Program-made: the position numbers and the translations under genes
The notes under the pieces: model-generated
Database searches by the model: none
Told to the model about the DNA's origin: nothing
Seen by the model: the letters and a program-made list of their open reading frames with translations, nothing else
DNA from: Candidatus Latescibacterota bacterium
Lineage (GTDB): Bacteria; Latescibacterota; UBA2968; UBA8231
Direction of reading: 5' to 3'
Length of the DNA stretch: 64,000 nt
Assembly: GCA_965217585.1 (NCBI GenBank)
Contig: OZ244561.1
Coordinates: 2,976,001 to 3,040,000, forward strand
Part shown: positions 48,501 to 55,779 of the stretch, one piece after another
How positions within the stretch are numbered: the first letter of the stretch is position 1
Layout of the letters: the number at the start of each line of letters is the position of its first letter

Positions 48501-51500
48501 AACGCACCGCGCTCCGTTACGCGTACCGGCACCGTTAGCGGCGCGGTCAGATTGCCTACCCGCGTCAGCGTAAACGCTACTGTCCCGCCTTCCTCCACCG
48601 CTGTCGGGTCTGCTTCGACGCTGACCACTGCTGTCGAGTCTGCTTCGACGCTGACCACTGCTGTCGAGTCTGCTTCGACGCTGACCACTGCTGTCGAGTC
48701 TGCTTCGACGCTGACCACTGTTGTCGAGTCTGCTTCGACGCTGACCACCGGCAGATCGTTGTCGGCGATCACGCCCGTCGTCCTGCCCTCTCCAATCGTC
48801 GCGTTGGAATTGCGCAACAAGACTGTGAACGTCTCCTCTTCCTCCTCCACGTTGTCGTCAATGATGGGCACGCGGATCGTCCGCCTCGTCGTCTCAGCCG
48901 GGAAGGTCAGGGTCCCGGTCCTCGCTTCGTAATCCCTCCCCGCCGTCGCCGTGCCGCTCGCAGTCGCGTACTTCACCGTCACTTCTTGGCGGCTCGCTGT
49001 GCTTAGCTGCACCGCGAACCTTAGTGCCGCGTCGTCCTCCGACGCCTCATAGCGCGCCGCCGCAAACGACACCGTCACGTCGCTCTTGACCACCTCTGTA
49101 TCGGTTCGCGTCTCAACCTCTGTATCGGTCTGCGTCTCAACCTCTGTATCGGTCTGCGTCTCAACCTCTGCATCGGTTCGCGTCTCAACCTCTGTATCGG
49201 TCTGCGTCTCAACCCCATCGGGCCCGTCGTTGTCGGTGACCTCCACCGTCGCAGTGGCCGCATCGCCTATCTGATAGGTTTCGCCATCCGTGATCGTCGC
49301 GGTCACCGCACCGTTTTCTTCTTCCACCTTATCGTCCACCGTCGCCATCTGAAGCGTCGTCTCCAGCGCATTCACCGCGAATGTCGCCTCGGTGGGTGCT
49401 CCGTCGGCGAGGAAGGTGCCGCGCTCCGTTATACTTACCGGCACCGTCATTGGCACGGTCAGGTTGCCTGTCCGCGTCAGTGTAAACGTCACTGTCTCGC
49501 CTTCTTCCACCACGGTCTGGTTGGTCGTCACGATGATCAACGGCAGGTCGTTGTCGGTGATCTCCACCGTGGCGCTGGCCGCATCGCCTACCTGATAGGT
49601 CTCGCCATCCGTGATCGTCGCAGTCACCGCACCGTTTTCTTCGTCCACCTCATCGTCCACTGTTGCCACCTGAAGCGTGGTCGTCGCTGCATTCTCTGCG
49701 AATGTCGCTTCGGTGGGTGCTCCGTCGGCGAGGAACGCGCCGCGCTCGGTTATACTTACCGGCACCGTCAGCGGCATAGTCAGATCGCTGGTCCGCGTCA
49801 GTGTAAACGTCACTGTCTCGCCTTCTTCCACCACGGTCTGGTTGGTCGTCACGATGATCAACGGCAGGTCGTTGTCGGCGATCACGCCTGTCGCCTCGCC
49901 TACTCCAATCGTCGCGTTGGATCTGATCAACCTGACTGTGAACGTCTCCTCTTGCTCGACCACATCGTCATCAATGATGGGCACGCGGATCGTCCGCCTC
50001 GTCGTCCCAGCCGGAAAGGTCAGGTCACCACCTGTCGCTTCGTAATCCTCCCCCGTCTTTGCTGTGCCGGTCTGAGTCGAGTACGTCACCATCGCCTCTT
50101 GGCCGACCTCTTTGCTCAACTGCACCGAAAACTCCAGTACCTCGTCGCCCTCCGACGCCTCATAGCGCGTCCTCGTAAACGACAGCGTCACATCCTTTGG
50201 CAGCGGGGTGAGGGGTATTCCCGATGGGGTGCCGCCCGTTCCCGGTGGGGTGTCGTCTGTTTCCGGTGGGGTGTCGTCTGTTTCCGGTGGGGTGTCGTCT
50301 GTTTCCGGTGGGGTGTCGTCTGTTTCCGGTGGGGTGTCGTCTGTTTCCGGTGGGGTGTCGTCTGTTTCCGGTATGTTGGGGTTTGGTCCCGGTGGTTGAG
50401 GATTTGGTCCCGTCGATCTCGTCGAACCCGTTCCCGAAGGCGACCACTCGCTCGCTCCGTTTGAGTTCGTTGCTCGGATCTGGACGTCGTACGAAGTGCC
50501 CTCGTCGAGGTCGGTGATCGTCACCGACAACTCGGTACTCAGCGGATCTGTCTCCTCCGTCCAGGCTTGGTCCGAATCGCTCGTCTTCTTGTAGCGGTAG
50601 TCGTAGTCGGTGATTGGCGGACCTTCGTTATCGGGTGCCGACCAGTTTACGTTCAGGCTCGTCTCAGACTCCGCCGTAACGGACGGTGCCCTCGGCGTGC
50701 TCGGCTTCTCGTTGGGCTCATTCGTCACCGTTACTGTGATCGTCTGGTCTGCCGTCCTTTCCCGGGTTCCCGTGCCGCTGGTTGCACGCACGATCACCAC
50801 ATAATTGTTGTCGCTTCCTACGTCCTGCGGAGCCTCAAAGTTTGGTGCCGTTTTGAACGTCAGCACGCCCGTTGACGACACAATCGAGAACAGATTCCGG
50901 TCCGCTCCGCCCTCGATCGAGTAGCGCTCAATGTCATCCTGACTGTCGTCGTCCACCGCTACGACTGGCAGCACTGACGTCGTGTTCTCAGGTATGCTCG
51001 GCGTCGATGAACTGGTGAACCTCGGATCTTCGTTGGCCTCCGTCGCACCCGTCGTACCGGTTCCCTCCAGCGACCACTCGCTCTCCCCCTCCGGGCTATT
51101 CGCTCGGATCTGGACGTCGTACGCGGTGTTCGCGTTGAGGTTCGGGATCGTCACCTCCAACGCGGTGATGTCACCCTGATTGGTCACCTCCGTCCAGCTT
51201 CCCTGCGGCGAGTCCGTCCGATACCGGTAGTCGTAGTCGTTGATTGGCGGACCCGTGTTCGTAGGTTCCGACCAGCGCACCATCAGGCTCGTCTCAGACG
51301 CCATCGACACCGATGGTGCTCCCGGCGTGCCCGGCTTCTCGTCCTCGTCCGTCACTGTTACTGTGATCGTCTGGTCGATCGTCTTCTGTCGGCTCCCGGT
51401 GCCGCTAGTGGCACGTACCTCCACCATATAATTGTTGCCGCCCCCGGCGGCCTGCGGAGCCTCAAAGTTAGGTGCCGTGATAAACCTCAGAACGCCCGTT

Positions 51501-52678
51501 GACGACAGCGAGAATTTCGCTGCGTCCGCTCCACCCACCTTATCGTAGCGCTGGATGGAGTCGTCGTCGTCCTCCGCTGTGACCGTCATTACTGACGTTG
51601 TGTTCTCCTGCACGTCCTTCGCATCTTCGCTGGTGAAGCTCGGTGCCTTGTTGGCTTGCGTCGATCCGGTTCCCGAATTCGACCAACCACTCGTTCCCTC
51701 GTCGCTCTTTGCTCGGATCTGGACTTCGTACTCAGTGCCCTCGTCGAGGCTGCCGATCGTCACCGGCGATCCGGTGGTCGTCCCCTCCGTCCAGTCTTGA
51801 TTCGAAGCGCTCGTCTTCTTGTACTGGTAATCGTAGCCGGTGATTGGCGGCCCCTTGTTTTCTGGAGCCGACCAAGTCACCCTCAGACTCGTCTGAGACA
51901 CCGGCGATACCCCCGGTGCATTAGGCGTGCCCGGCGGCTCCGTCACGTCGTCTACCGTTACTGTGATCGTCTGGGTTGCCGTCTTCACCCGGTTTCCCGT
52001 GCCGCTGGTCGCACGCACCTCCACCACATACACGTTGCCTCCCGAGCCCTGCGGATTCTCGAAGTCTGGTGCCGTGTTAAACGTGAGTGCGCCCGTTGAC
52101 GAATTCAGCGAGAATTTCGCCGCATCCGCCCCGCCCACGATATCGTAGCTCTCGATGTTGTCCTCGCTGTTGCTGTCCGACGCTATGACCGTCAGCACAA
52201 ACGTCTCGTTTTCTCGCACGCTCGCTGTCGCTGAACCACTGAACTCCGGTGCCACGTTGACTTTCGGTGGTGGCGGTGATGTTCCGTCCGGACAGTTCCC
52301 TTCCGAGAAATGATACGAATCGTTTGCTTCATTGTACACTCCCGGTTCCTCCACACATTTATCCCAACCGCCTATACCATCGTCTGTACCGTCCTCCTTT
52401 ATGTGCATATGCCAATGGGTCTTGGCGGGTTTATAGTCATCGTCTGGATGATTTGCTATAAACTCGCTCCAGTGCGCGTTAAGAGTATGCGTGTCACATA
52501 CGTTATCTCCACCCGTTTCACACTTACCTCCCTCGCTAACTAGGACTTTCGGGGTATTATGTCCGAATGTGGGTAATGCCGATGTCATCGAAACGAAGAT
52601 GCAAATGATGAGCGCGAATCCCGTGCGGGAGAGCAAGGTGTTCTCGTTGTGGTACCGAGCGGCAATCACGTCGCGCAC
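36548..52678 (-). CDS. giant (5376 aa) autotransporter adhesin with cadherin, FN3 and Calx-beta repeats
   Basis: Signal peptide; three cadherin+FN3 pairs (APDFENP, ITGYDYQY); many Calx-beta units (YATADGTATAG.DY..GTLTF...IIDD...E.F.V.L); WLARFGRT linker and beta-barrel (RHDGGDAETG.G.E.GGG) ending in W. Exact start uncertain. Confidence 0.9.
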   Translation of the reverse strand: MRDVIAARYHNENTLLSRTGFALIICIFVSMTSALPTFGHNTPKVLVSEGGKCETGGDNVCDTHTLNAHWSEFIANHPDDDYKPAKTHWHMHIKEDGTDDGIGGWDKCVEEPGVYNEANDSYHFSEGNCPDGTSPPPPKVNVAPEFSGSATASVRENETFVLTVIASDSNSEDNIESYDIVGGADAAKFSLNSSTGALTFNTAPDFENPQGSGGNVYVVEVRATSGTGNRVKTATQTITVTVDDVTEPPGTPNAPGVSPVSQTSLRVTWSAPENKGPPITGYDYQYKKTSASNQDWTEGTTTGSPVTIGSLDEGTEYEVQIRAKSDEGTSGWSNSGTGSTQANKAPSFTSEDAKDVQENTTSVMTVTAEDDDDSIQRYDKVGGADAAKFSLSSTGVLRFITAPNFEAPQAAGGGNNYMVEVRATSGTGSRQKTIDQTITVTVTDEDEKPGTPGAPSVSMASETSLMVRWSEPTNTGPPINDYDYRYRTDSPQGSWTEVTNQGDITALEVTIPNLNANTAYDVQIRANSPEGESEWSLEGTGTTGATEANEDPRFTSSSTPSIPENTTSVLPVVAVDDDSQDDIERYSIEGGADRNLFSIVSSTGVLTFKTAPNFEAPQDVGSDNNYVVIVRATSGTGTRERTADQTITVTVTNEPNEKPSTPRAPSVTAESETSLNVNWSAPDNEGPPITDYDYRYKKTSDSDQAWTEETDPLSTELSVTITDLDEGTSYDVQIRATNSNGASEWSPSGTGSTRSTGPNPQPPGPNPNIPETDDTPPETDDTPPETDDTPPETDDTPPETDDTPPETDDTPPGTGGTPSGIPLTPLPKDVTLSFTRTRYEASEGDEVLEFSVQLSKEVGQEAMVTYSTQTGTAKTGEDYEATGGDLTFPAGTTRRTIRVPIIDDDVVEQEETFTVRLIRSNATIGVGEATGVIADNDLPLIIVTTNQTVVEEGETVTFTLTRTSDLTMPLTVPVSITERGAFLADGAPTEATFAENAATTTLQVATVDDEVDEENGAVTATITDGETYQVGDAASATVEITDNDLPLIIVTTNQTVVEEGETVTFTLTRTGNLTVPMTVPVSITERGTFLADGAPTEATFAVNALETTLQMATVDDKVEEENGAVTATITDGETYQIGDAATATVEVTDNDGPDGVETQTDTEVETRTDAEVETQTDTEVETQTDTEVETRTDTEVVKSDVTVSFAAARYEASEDDAALRFAVQLSTASRQEVTVKYATASGTATAGRDYEARTGTLTFPAETTRRTIRVPIIDDNVEEEEETFTVLLRNSNATIGEGRTTGVIADNDLPVVSVEADSTTVVSVEADSTAVVSVEADSTAVVSVEADSTAVVSVEADPTAVEEGGTVAFTLTRVGNLTAPLTVPVRVTERGAFLTDEVPTEATFAANAATTTLLVATDDDGRDEAHGAVTATIMEGPTHQISDAASATVPVTDNDVRGVTVTPTALTIREGGSLSYMIDLDTEPTANVTVAVQVPANAEISVTPTALTFTAANWRTTQMVAVTAAQDADSVADDPVTIRHAVGGGDYGAVPAASVAVTILEDDPPTIRIADAEASEGDGAMAFSVRLSVASIQTVTVEYATADGTAIAGTDYEATTGTLTFPAGRTNQTIRVPIMDDDLDETAEAFTVALSEPENATIEVGKATGVIADNDLPVVSIAADLAGVVEGGTVTFTLTRVGDLTVPLTVPVRVTERGAFLADEVPTEATFTANAATTTLLMATDDDGSDEEHGAVTATITSGATHRVGDAASATVPVIDNDVPGVTVTPTALLVPEGGSANYTVVLDTEPTADVTVAVQVPEDAEVSVDETELTFTAEDWNQAQTVTVTAAQDADAVADDPVVLTHAVSGGDYDTVAAASVAVTILEDDMPTLLIADAAAAEGDGELAFQVRLSVASSKTVTAEYMTSTGTATADKDYETTTGTLIFPALETGQTIRVPIIDDDLDEAAEAFTVALSNASNATIEVGKATGVIADNDLPVVSVAADPTAVEEGATVTFTLTRVGDLTVPMTVPVDVTERGAFLADGAPTEATFDVDAETTTLQVATVDDDVDEVNGAVTATITDGATLRVSESNRATVPVTDNDVRGVTVTPTALMIPEGDSASYTVVLTSEPTANVTVTTQMPEGAEVAVDETELTFTAENWRIPQTITGTAAQDADAVADDPVTIRHAVSGGDYGLVTAASVEVTIIEDDTPTLLIADAAAAEGDGEMAFSVRLSVASSQTVTVDYATADGTATAGTDYGTTTGTLAFPALETTQTIRVPIIDDDLNEAAEAFTVALSNASNATIEDGKATGVIADNDLPVVSVAADPTAVEEGATVTFMLKRVGDLTVPMTVPVDVTERGAFLADGAPTEATFDVDAETTTLQVATVDDDVDEVNGAVTATITDGATLRVSESNRATVPVTDNDVRGVTVTPTALMIPEGDSASYTVVLTSEPTANVTVTTQMPEGAEVAVDETELTFTAENWRIPQTITGTAAQDADAVADDPVTIRHAVSGGDYGLVTAASVEVTIIEDDTPTLLIADAAAAEGDGAMAFSVRLSVASSQTVTVDYATADGTATAGTDYGTTTGTLAFPALETTQTIRVPIIDDDLNEAAEAFTVALSNASNATIEEGKATGVIADNDLPVVSVAADPAAVEEGATVTFTLTRVGDLTVPLTVPVDVTERGAFLADGAPTEAMFAVGAINTTLQVATVDDDVDEVNGAVTATITDGATLRVSESNRATVPVTDNDVRGVTVTPTALTVPEGDSASYTVVLTSEPTANVTVAVQVPEDAEVAVDETELTFTAENWRIPQTITGTAAQDADAVADDPVTIRHAVSGGDYGLVTAASVEATIIEDDTPTLLIADAAAAEGDGAMAFSVRLSVASSQTVTVDYATADGTATAGTDYGTTTGTLAFPALETTQTIRVPIIDDDLNEAAEAFTVALSNASNATIEEGKATGVIADNDRPVVSVAADPAAVEEGATVTFTLTRVGDLTVPLTVPVDVTERGAFLADGAPTEAMFAVGAINTTLQVATVDDDVDEVNGAVTATITDGATLRVSESNRATVPVTDNDVRGVTVTPTALTVPEGDSASYTVVLTSEPTANVTVAVQVPEDAEVAVDETELTFTAENWRIPQTITGTAAQDADAVADDPVTIRHAVSGGNYGLVTAASVEATIIEDDTPTLLIADAAAAEGDGAMAFSVRLSVASSQTVTVDYATADGTATAGTDYGTTTGTLAFPALETTQTIRVPIIDDDLNEAAEAFTVALSNASNATIEEGEATGVIADNDRPVVSVAADPAAVEEGATVTFTLTRVGDLTVPMTVPVDVTERGAFLADGAPTKATFDVDAETTTLQVATDDDERDEADGAVTATITDGATHRVSESNRATAPVTDNDVRGVTVTPTALTVPEGSSTSYTVVLDTEPTANVTVAVQVPEDAEVAVDETELTFTAENWNQAQTVTVTAVHDDDAVADDPVVLTHAVRGGNYGTVTAESVTVTITENDTPELSITDGAAAEGDEVLEFTVTLNVASSQTVTVEYATADSTAMADTDYEGTTGTLTFPVLETAQTIRVPIIDDDLDEAAEAFTVALSNASNATSGDGEATGVIADNDLPVVSVAADPTAVEEGATVTFTLTRVGDLTVPLTVPVDVTERGAFLADGAPTEATFDVDAETTTLQVATDDDERDEADGAVTATITDGATHRVSESNRATAPVTDNDVRGVTVTPTALTVPEGDSASYTVVLTSEPTANVTVAVQVPEDAEVAVDETELTFTAENWRIPQTVTVTAVHDDDAVADDPVVLTHAVRGGDYGTVTAESVTVTITENDTPELSITDGAAAEGDEVLEFTVTLNVASSQTVTVEYATADSTAMADTDYEGTTGTLTFPVLETAQTIRVPIIDDDLDEAAEAFTVLLSEPKNATIKNGEATGVITDNDLPVVSVAADPAAVEEGGTMTFTLTRVGDLTVPLTVPLSVTERGAFLADGAPSEAVFAVDASNATLKVATDDDERDEADGAVTATVTDGATHRAGDAASATVPVIDNDERGVTVTPTALTVDEGGSASYTVVLTSEPTADVTVVIQVPEDTDITVAPSALTFTAANWNQAQTVKVTAAQDADAVADDPVVLTHAISGGDYEGISAAGVVVSITEDDTAEVTISTAALEVPEGDSKSYTMVLTSQPTADVTVAVQVPEDTDITVAPSALMFTTDNWNQAQTVAVTAAHDDDAVADDPVMLTHAVSGGDYEGISAAGVVVSITEDDTAEVTISTAALEVPEGASKSYTMVLTSQPTANVPVAVQVPEDTDIAVAPSALTFTAANWNQAQTVAVTAAHDDDAVADDPVVLTHAVSGGDYEGISAAGVVVSITEDDTAEVTISTAALEVPEGDSKSYTMVLTSQPTANVTVAVQVPEDTDITVDQTELTFTAANWNQAQTISVTAAHDDDAVADDPVMLTHAISGGDYEGISAAGVVVSITEDDTAEVTISTAALEVPEGASKSYTMVLTSQPTANVTVAVQVPEDADITVDQTELTFTAANWNQAQTVKVTAAQDADAVADDPVMLTHAVSGGDYEGISAAGVVVSITEDDTAEVTISTAALEVPEGDSKSYTMVLTSQPTANVTVAVQVPEDADITVDQTELTFTAANWNQAQTVAVTAAHDDDAVADDPVMLTHAVSGGDYEGISAADVEVTISEDDTPALTIADAEAAEGDEQITFTVRLNMASSLEVTVDWTTADGTATQGADYAETTGTLRFNALETEQTITVPLLDDALDEADETFTVALTNAANATLDDAEATGTIADNDDTPALTIADAEAAEGDGEITFAVTLEAVSGLEVTVDWTTADGTATADADYAATEGRLTFAPGQTEQTLAVAMFNDALDEADETFTIAVSNPANATIADGTATGTITDDDPSVEKAWLARFGRTTASQVMDAVSDRLTGRSGGGAHLTVGGQRVTLEAMSGRGWANASGRAVPTKNASFSDVLSRHPFYHLTRSSFADILSRSSFQVSSAGSGEEQGTRWTAWGRGATTRFRSEEVDLSLTGGAATGLLGGDWQQGRMLAGLAVAHSVGTGEFDVHTAAEPFRKGELESYLTSVHPYLRVAVTERLSAWGLLGYGRGQMERMGDRSDAGIGMQMGGLGARGALLSPTASSDFDVALKSDAFLVRMDTDAAIRPALETLTSRLRLLLEGSRSVELSSGRMSPSLEVGMRHDGGDAETGLGLEVGGGLGYTNRQRGLALQATARRLLVHQDNGYEEWGVGGSVNLDPGALGRGLALRLRSSWGTATSGMGRLWSQRTAADLARPTRADEGGLFNAEMGYGLGALDGLLTPYANVASSGRGTRTYGLGGRLRVERSLRVELAGERRERRAAQPGHALKLRSTLYW
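38620..40560 (-). repeat. about six tandem 324-bp (108-aa) domain repeats in the adhesin
   Basis: AEVTISTAALEVPEG...GISAAGVVVSITEDDT units; shadow ORFs recur at 324-nt spacing. Boundaries approximate. Confidence 0.85.
40700..47750 (-). repeat. about seven tandem 969-bp (323-aa) three-domain repeats in the adhesin
   Basis: Near-identical shadow ORFs at 41697, 42663, 43635, 44604, 45573, 46542. Boundaries approximate. Confidence 0.88.
48601..48750 (-). repeat. 30-bp in-frame tandem repeat x5 (VVSVEADSTA)
   Basis: CTGTCGAGTCTGCTTCGACGCTGACCACTG units on the + strand. Confidence 0.95.
49092..49214 (-). repeat. 24-bp in-frame tandem repeat x5 (ETQTDTEV)
   Basis: ACCTCTGTATCGGTCTGCGTCTCA units on the + strand. 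Confidence 0.95.
50242..50372 (-). repeat. 21-bp in-frame tandem repeat x6 (PPETDDT)
   Basis: CCGGTGGGGTGTCGTCTGTTT perfect units on the + strand. Confidence 0.95.
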
Positions 52679-52983
52679 TCGCTCGGTGGCGTTGACATGG
52701 AGGGACCAGGCGGCAAATAATCGGTGAGACGCATTATTATCCTAAGGGGCCTGGCAAAACAGGCACCGATCAGCGGGGAAATATTCTAAGAGCTTGAAGA
52801 GCAGCGATAACCTGAAGGCGATTGCTTGACAAACACCTTCAGTACCGTGGGGGGGGAGGATACTTTAAAAATATACTATATAAGATGCTATATGGAAAGG
52901 AGATACTACATATTGAATGGGACGATATATCGTCTAAAAACAATCAGATTGGCCCATAGACGACTTGGTAACAGGTGTTTATA

Positions 52984-53028
52984 ACAAAGGTCTATTTATC
53001 GCTCCTGAGACGATAAATAGACCTTTGT
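52984..53028. terminator. long stem-loop terminator downstream of the metalloprotease
   Basis: ACAAAGGTCTATTTATCG / CGATAAATAGACCTTTGT 18-bp arms with T-rich flanks. Confidence 0.75.
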
Positions 53029-53034
53029 ATTTTT

Positions 53035-55737
53035 TTATAAACTCCGCTCCAAACCGGCCTCCAGCGCAGCCTCAATCCGCGCCTTGGTCTCTTCGAGATG
53101 AGCGCGGCTGTACGCGTCCAGACCGCTGCCTTCTAGCCGCGTCTTGATCTGTGCGGCGATGGTCTGCAAATCCGCTCGGGCCAAGGTGCGGGCATCCTCG
53201 GGCGTCCCTCGGGCGGGTCGGAGCACCAGCCCGATCAGTTTTTGTAGCTGTGCCCGCTGCAAGTTGCGGCGAAAGCTGTCGATGGAGCTACCCGTCTCCA
53301 ACTCCGCCCAGATAGCCTGCCGCAGTCCAGCAAACAGATCGACCATCCCGAAGGTCTCGTCGCCTTCGTAGCGCAGCTCCAGATCCTGTAGCCGGCTCAG
53401 CAGAGTTGGATCGTAGAACCGGTCGAGCGGCCGCCGTTGGATGCTCAGCACCCTATCGTGGATGGGATAGTCGATCCGCCGCACGTCGAACACCGACCAA
53501 GTGAAATCCACCCAGCGCTCCGGTGCCAGCTTGTTGAGCAACTCCGGCGACCAGCGGAAGGCGTCCGGCCCGAACACGTGCTTCACCAGAAAGTCGAGCG
53601 CCTCTCGCTGCCGGGCGGGCGGCACTGGCTGTAATGGGAGCCGTCCATCGCCGACGTGGTCGCGGTAGTGATACAGGCCGCCGATGTAGCGGCTGACATT
53701 GCCCGCCCCCGAAAAGTAGGGCCTAAAGCCCCAGCCGAATACCCGCCGCAGGGTTTGGTAGCGCTCGCCCTTCTGCTCGAATTTGTCCTCCACTTTGGCC
53801 CACAGCTCTTTCGATAGGGCGATCTGGTCGCGGTAGTGGGCAATCGGGTCGTCGCGCAAGTCCCAGCGCGCCGCGCTCGGATCGATCCCCCGGGTCCAGT
53901 ACAGGGCGTCCTCGTCCGTGCCGTAGGCCAGATCTTTCTCCGCGACTTGGCCGGCGATCTTGGCCAGTTGGGCTTGCTCGCTCGCGGGACTGTCCGCCTC
54001 TACCGGCCGGTAGGCGTATTCGATGGCCCAGTAGTCGTACGGCCCCAGCGTCGTCTGGTAGTACTCCCCCTGCTTGTGCCCCTCTGGGGCGATATTGACC
54101 GGATTGTAGTCCATTACCGAACTGGAGATGCCCTCTTTGTCGGTGACGCGATGGTCGTGTAGCTCGTCGAGTGCGTGGATGGTGCTGCCCTTGAAATTGT
54201 GCCGCAGGCCGAGGGTGTGGCCCACTTCGTGCGCGATCAACTCGACGATTAGCTGGCGAATGAATTCCTTTTCGTCCACCTCGCCCCCGCCAGCCGCGGC
54301 CCGAGCTTCCAGCAAGTGCCACCCGAAAGCGGCCTCCTGCCTCAGCCCGTCGGCCATGTCGCAGAATCCCCTGTTGTAGTTCCCGGTCAGCCCCATAGCC
54401 GCGGCGAGCGAATCAGGCCCTCGTCCCACAGGATCGACCAGTTCGGTGAACTCTAAGTGGGCATAGCGGATAAAGTCCGCGCTGATCCGTATATCGGCGT
54501 CGAAAATCTCGCCGGTAAAGGGATTGGTACGCGACGGCCCCACCGCGTACCCCTGGCCGGGCTGCACCATCCAGCGCACCGAGTTGTAGCGCACGTCGGC
54601 TGCGTCCCACTCGGCGTCGTCCGGCTGCTGCTTGGCCACAATCGCCCCCTCAAAGCCGAGCGGCTCGAATGCCTTATTCCACACCAGAATCCCCTCCTGC
54701 ACCGCGTCCCGGTACTCCGGTGGAATCGTGTTTTCCAGCCAGAACACAATCGGCTTTTTGGGAGGCGATTGGTCAAACTTGGGCTCGGCTTTCTCTAGAT
54801 GCCAGCGATTGATGTAGCGTACGTACGGATCGTCCTTGAGCACCGAGGTGTAGTCCTGGTGCAAGGTCGTGAAATGCCCCACTCGGTCGTCGGCCAAGCG
54901 CGGGCGAAAATCCGACTCGGGCAGACTGGACAGGCTGTAGTGGTAGATGTGCTGGAAACTCCGCGTATCCGCCAAGGTGGGGATGTCTCTTTGGGGTGAG
55001 TCGGTCGCAAAGTGCAGCACTACGTCGATCTCGGTATTGTGCGGGAAATTCTTCAACGCGCCGAAATAGCTGTTGTCGCTGTCGAAGCTATACGAACCCT
55101 TTTTGAGGTACTCGCTGAAGAAGGAACTTACCAAGGCGATGTCCTGAACGAAGAAATCATTCGGGTCCACCAGCACCGCGCCGGTTTCGGGGTGAGGCTG
55201 TCCCTCAATGCTGCCGACGCCGAGAATCGAGTCGGACAGGCCCCGGTCCACGGCCCGGTGGATGGCCGCGTCCGGCTCGGCCCGGTAATACACATTCTTG
55301 TGAGCGAAGAACACCTTTTTGCCGACCCGCTGAAAAACAAAGGGAAACGTGCCCCAGCCCCGACCTATGGAGACCAGTGAGGCCGAATCAAAGAAGTAGC
55401 CGTCTCCCTGTGTGCGCGTGATGCTGCACAGGTGGATCTGGTCGAACTGGTCGGGCCGAATGGCCAGGAATACTTTGTTCTCCTCTGGATCCCGGTACAG
55501 CTCGAACAGGCCTTCGATCTTGTCAAAGTCCTTGATTACTTTCGCAAATTTGGGGCTTTTGTCTTCCTCGTCTTCCTCGTCCTCTTTGTCCTTTTCGTCC
55601 TCTTCGTCCTCTTCGTCCTTTTCCTTGTCGGCGGCCTCTTCCTCGACGGCCTCTTCTTTTTCCTCCTTCGCCCAGACGGTCCCCACCCCCCATAAGCCGA
55701 GGATGGCGACCAGCAATATCCATTTGAATGCGCGCAT
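53035..55737 (-). CDS. secreted zinc metalloprotease (metzincin; DUF5117/DUF4953, EcxA-like)
   Basis: HEVGHTLGLRHNF, Met-turn SSVMDY, PRLADDRVGHF, GPYD.WAIEYAY; signal peptide and acidic N-terminal tract. Confidence 0.92.
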   Translation of the reverse strand: MRAFKWILLVAILGLWGVGTVWAKEEKEEAVEEEAADKEKDEEDEEDEKDKEDEEDEEDKSPKFAKVIKDFDKIEGLFELYRDPEENKVFLAIRPDQFDQIHLCSITRTQGDGYFFDSASLVSIGRGWGTFPFVFQRVGKKVFFAHKNVYYRAEPDAAIHRAVDRGLSDSILGVGSIEGQPHPETGAVLVDPNDFFVQDIALVSSFFSEYLKKGSYSFDSDNSYFGALKNFPHNTEIDVVLHFATDSPQRDIPTLADTRSFQHIYHYSLSSLPESDFRPRLADDRVGHFTTLHQDYTSVLKDDPYVRYINRWHLEKAEPKFDQSPPKKPIVFWLENTIPPEYRDAVQEGILVWNKAFEPLGFEGAIVAKQQPDDAEWDAADVRYNSVRWMVQPGQGYAVGPSRTNPFTGEIFDADIRISADFIRYAHLEFTELVDPVGRGPDSLAAAMGLTGNYNRGFCDMADGLRQEAAFGWHLLEARAAAGGGEVDEKEFIRQLIVELIAHEVGHTLGLRHNFKGSTIHALDELHDHRVTDKEGISSSVMDYNPVNIAPEGHKQGEYYQTTLGPYDYWAIEYAYRPVEADSPASEQAQLAKIAGQVAEKDLAYGTDEDALYWTRGIDPSAARWDLRDDPIAHYRDQIALSKELWAKVEDKFEQKGERYQTLRRVFGWGFRPYFSGAGNVSRYIGGLYHYRDHVGDGRLPLQPVPPARQREALDFLVKHVFGPDAFRWSPELLNKLAPERWVDFTWSVFDVRRIDYPIHDRVLSIQRRPLDRFYDPTLLSRLQDLELRYEGDETFGMVDLFAGLRQAIWAELETGSSIDSFRRNLQRAQLQKLIGLVLRPARGTPEDARTLARADLQTIAAQIKTRLEGSGLDAYSRAHLEETKARIEAALEAGLERSL

Positions 55738-55779
55738 AGTACTACTCAGCTCCAATCTCAGGTTGCCTCGTGGTTTGGA

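Noticed and set aside
48601-50372. Short direct repeats (21, 24, 30 bp) as a CRISPR array
   Set aside because: Units are contiguous with no unique spacers, are multiples of 3 and lie in frame within the adhesin; no cas genes are present.
55555-55670. Purine-rich low-complexity tract as a non-coding repeat element
   Set aside because: It encodes the acidic E/D/K linker of the metalloprotease.
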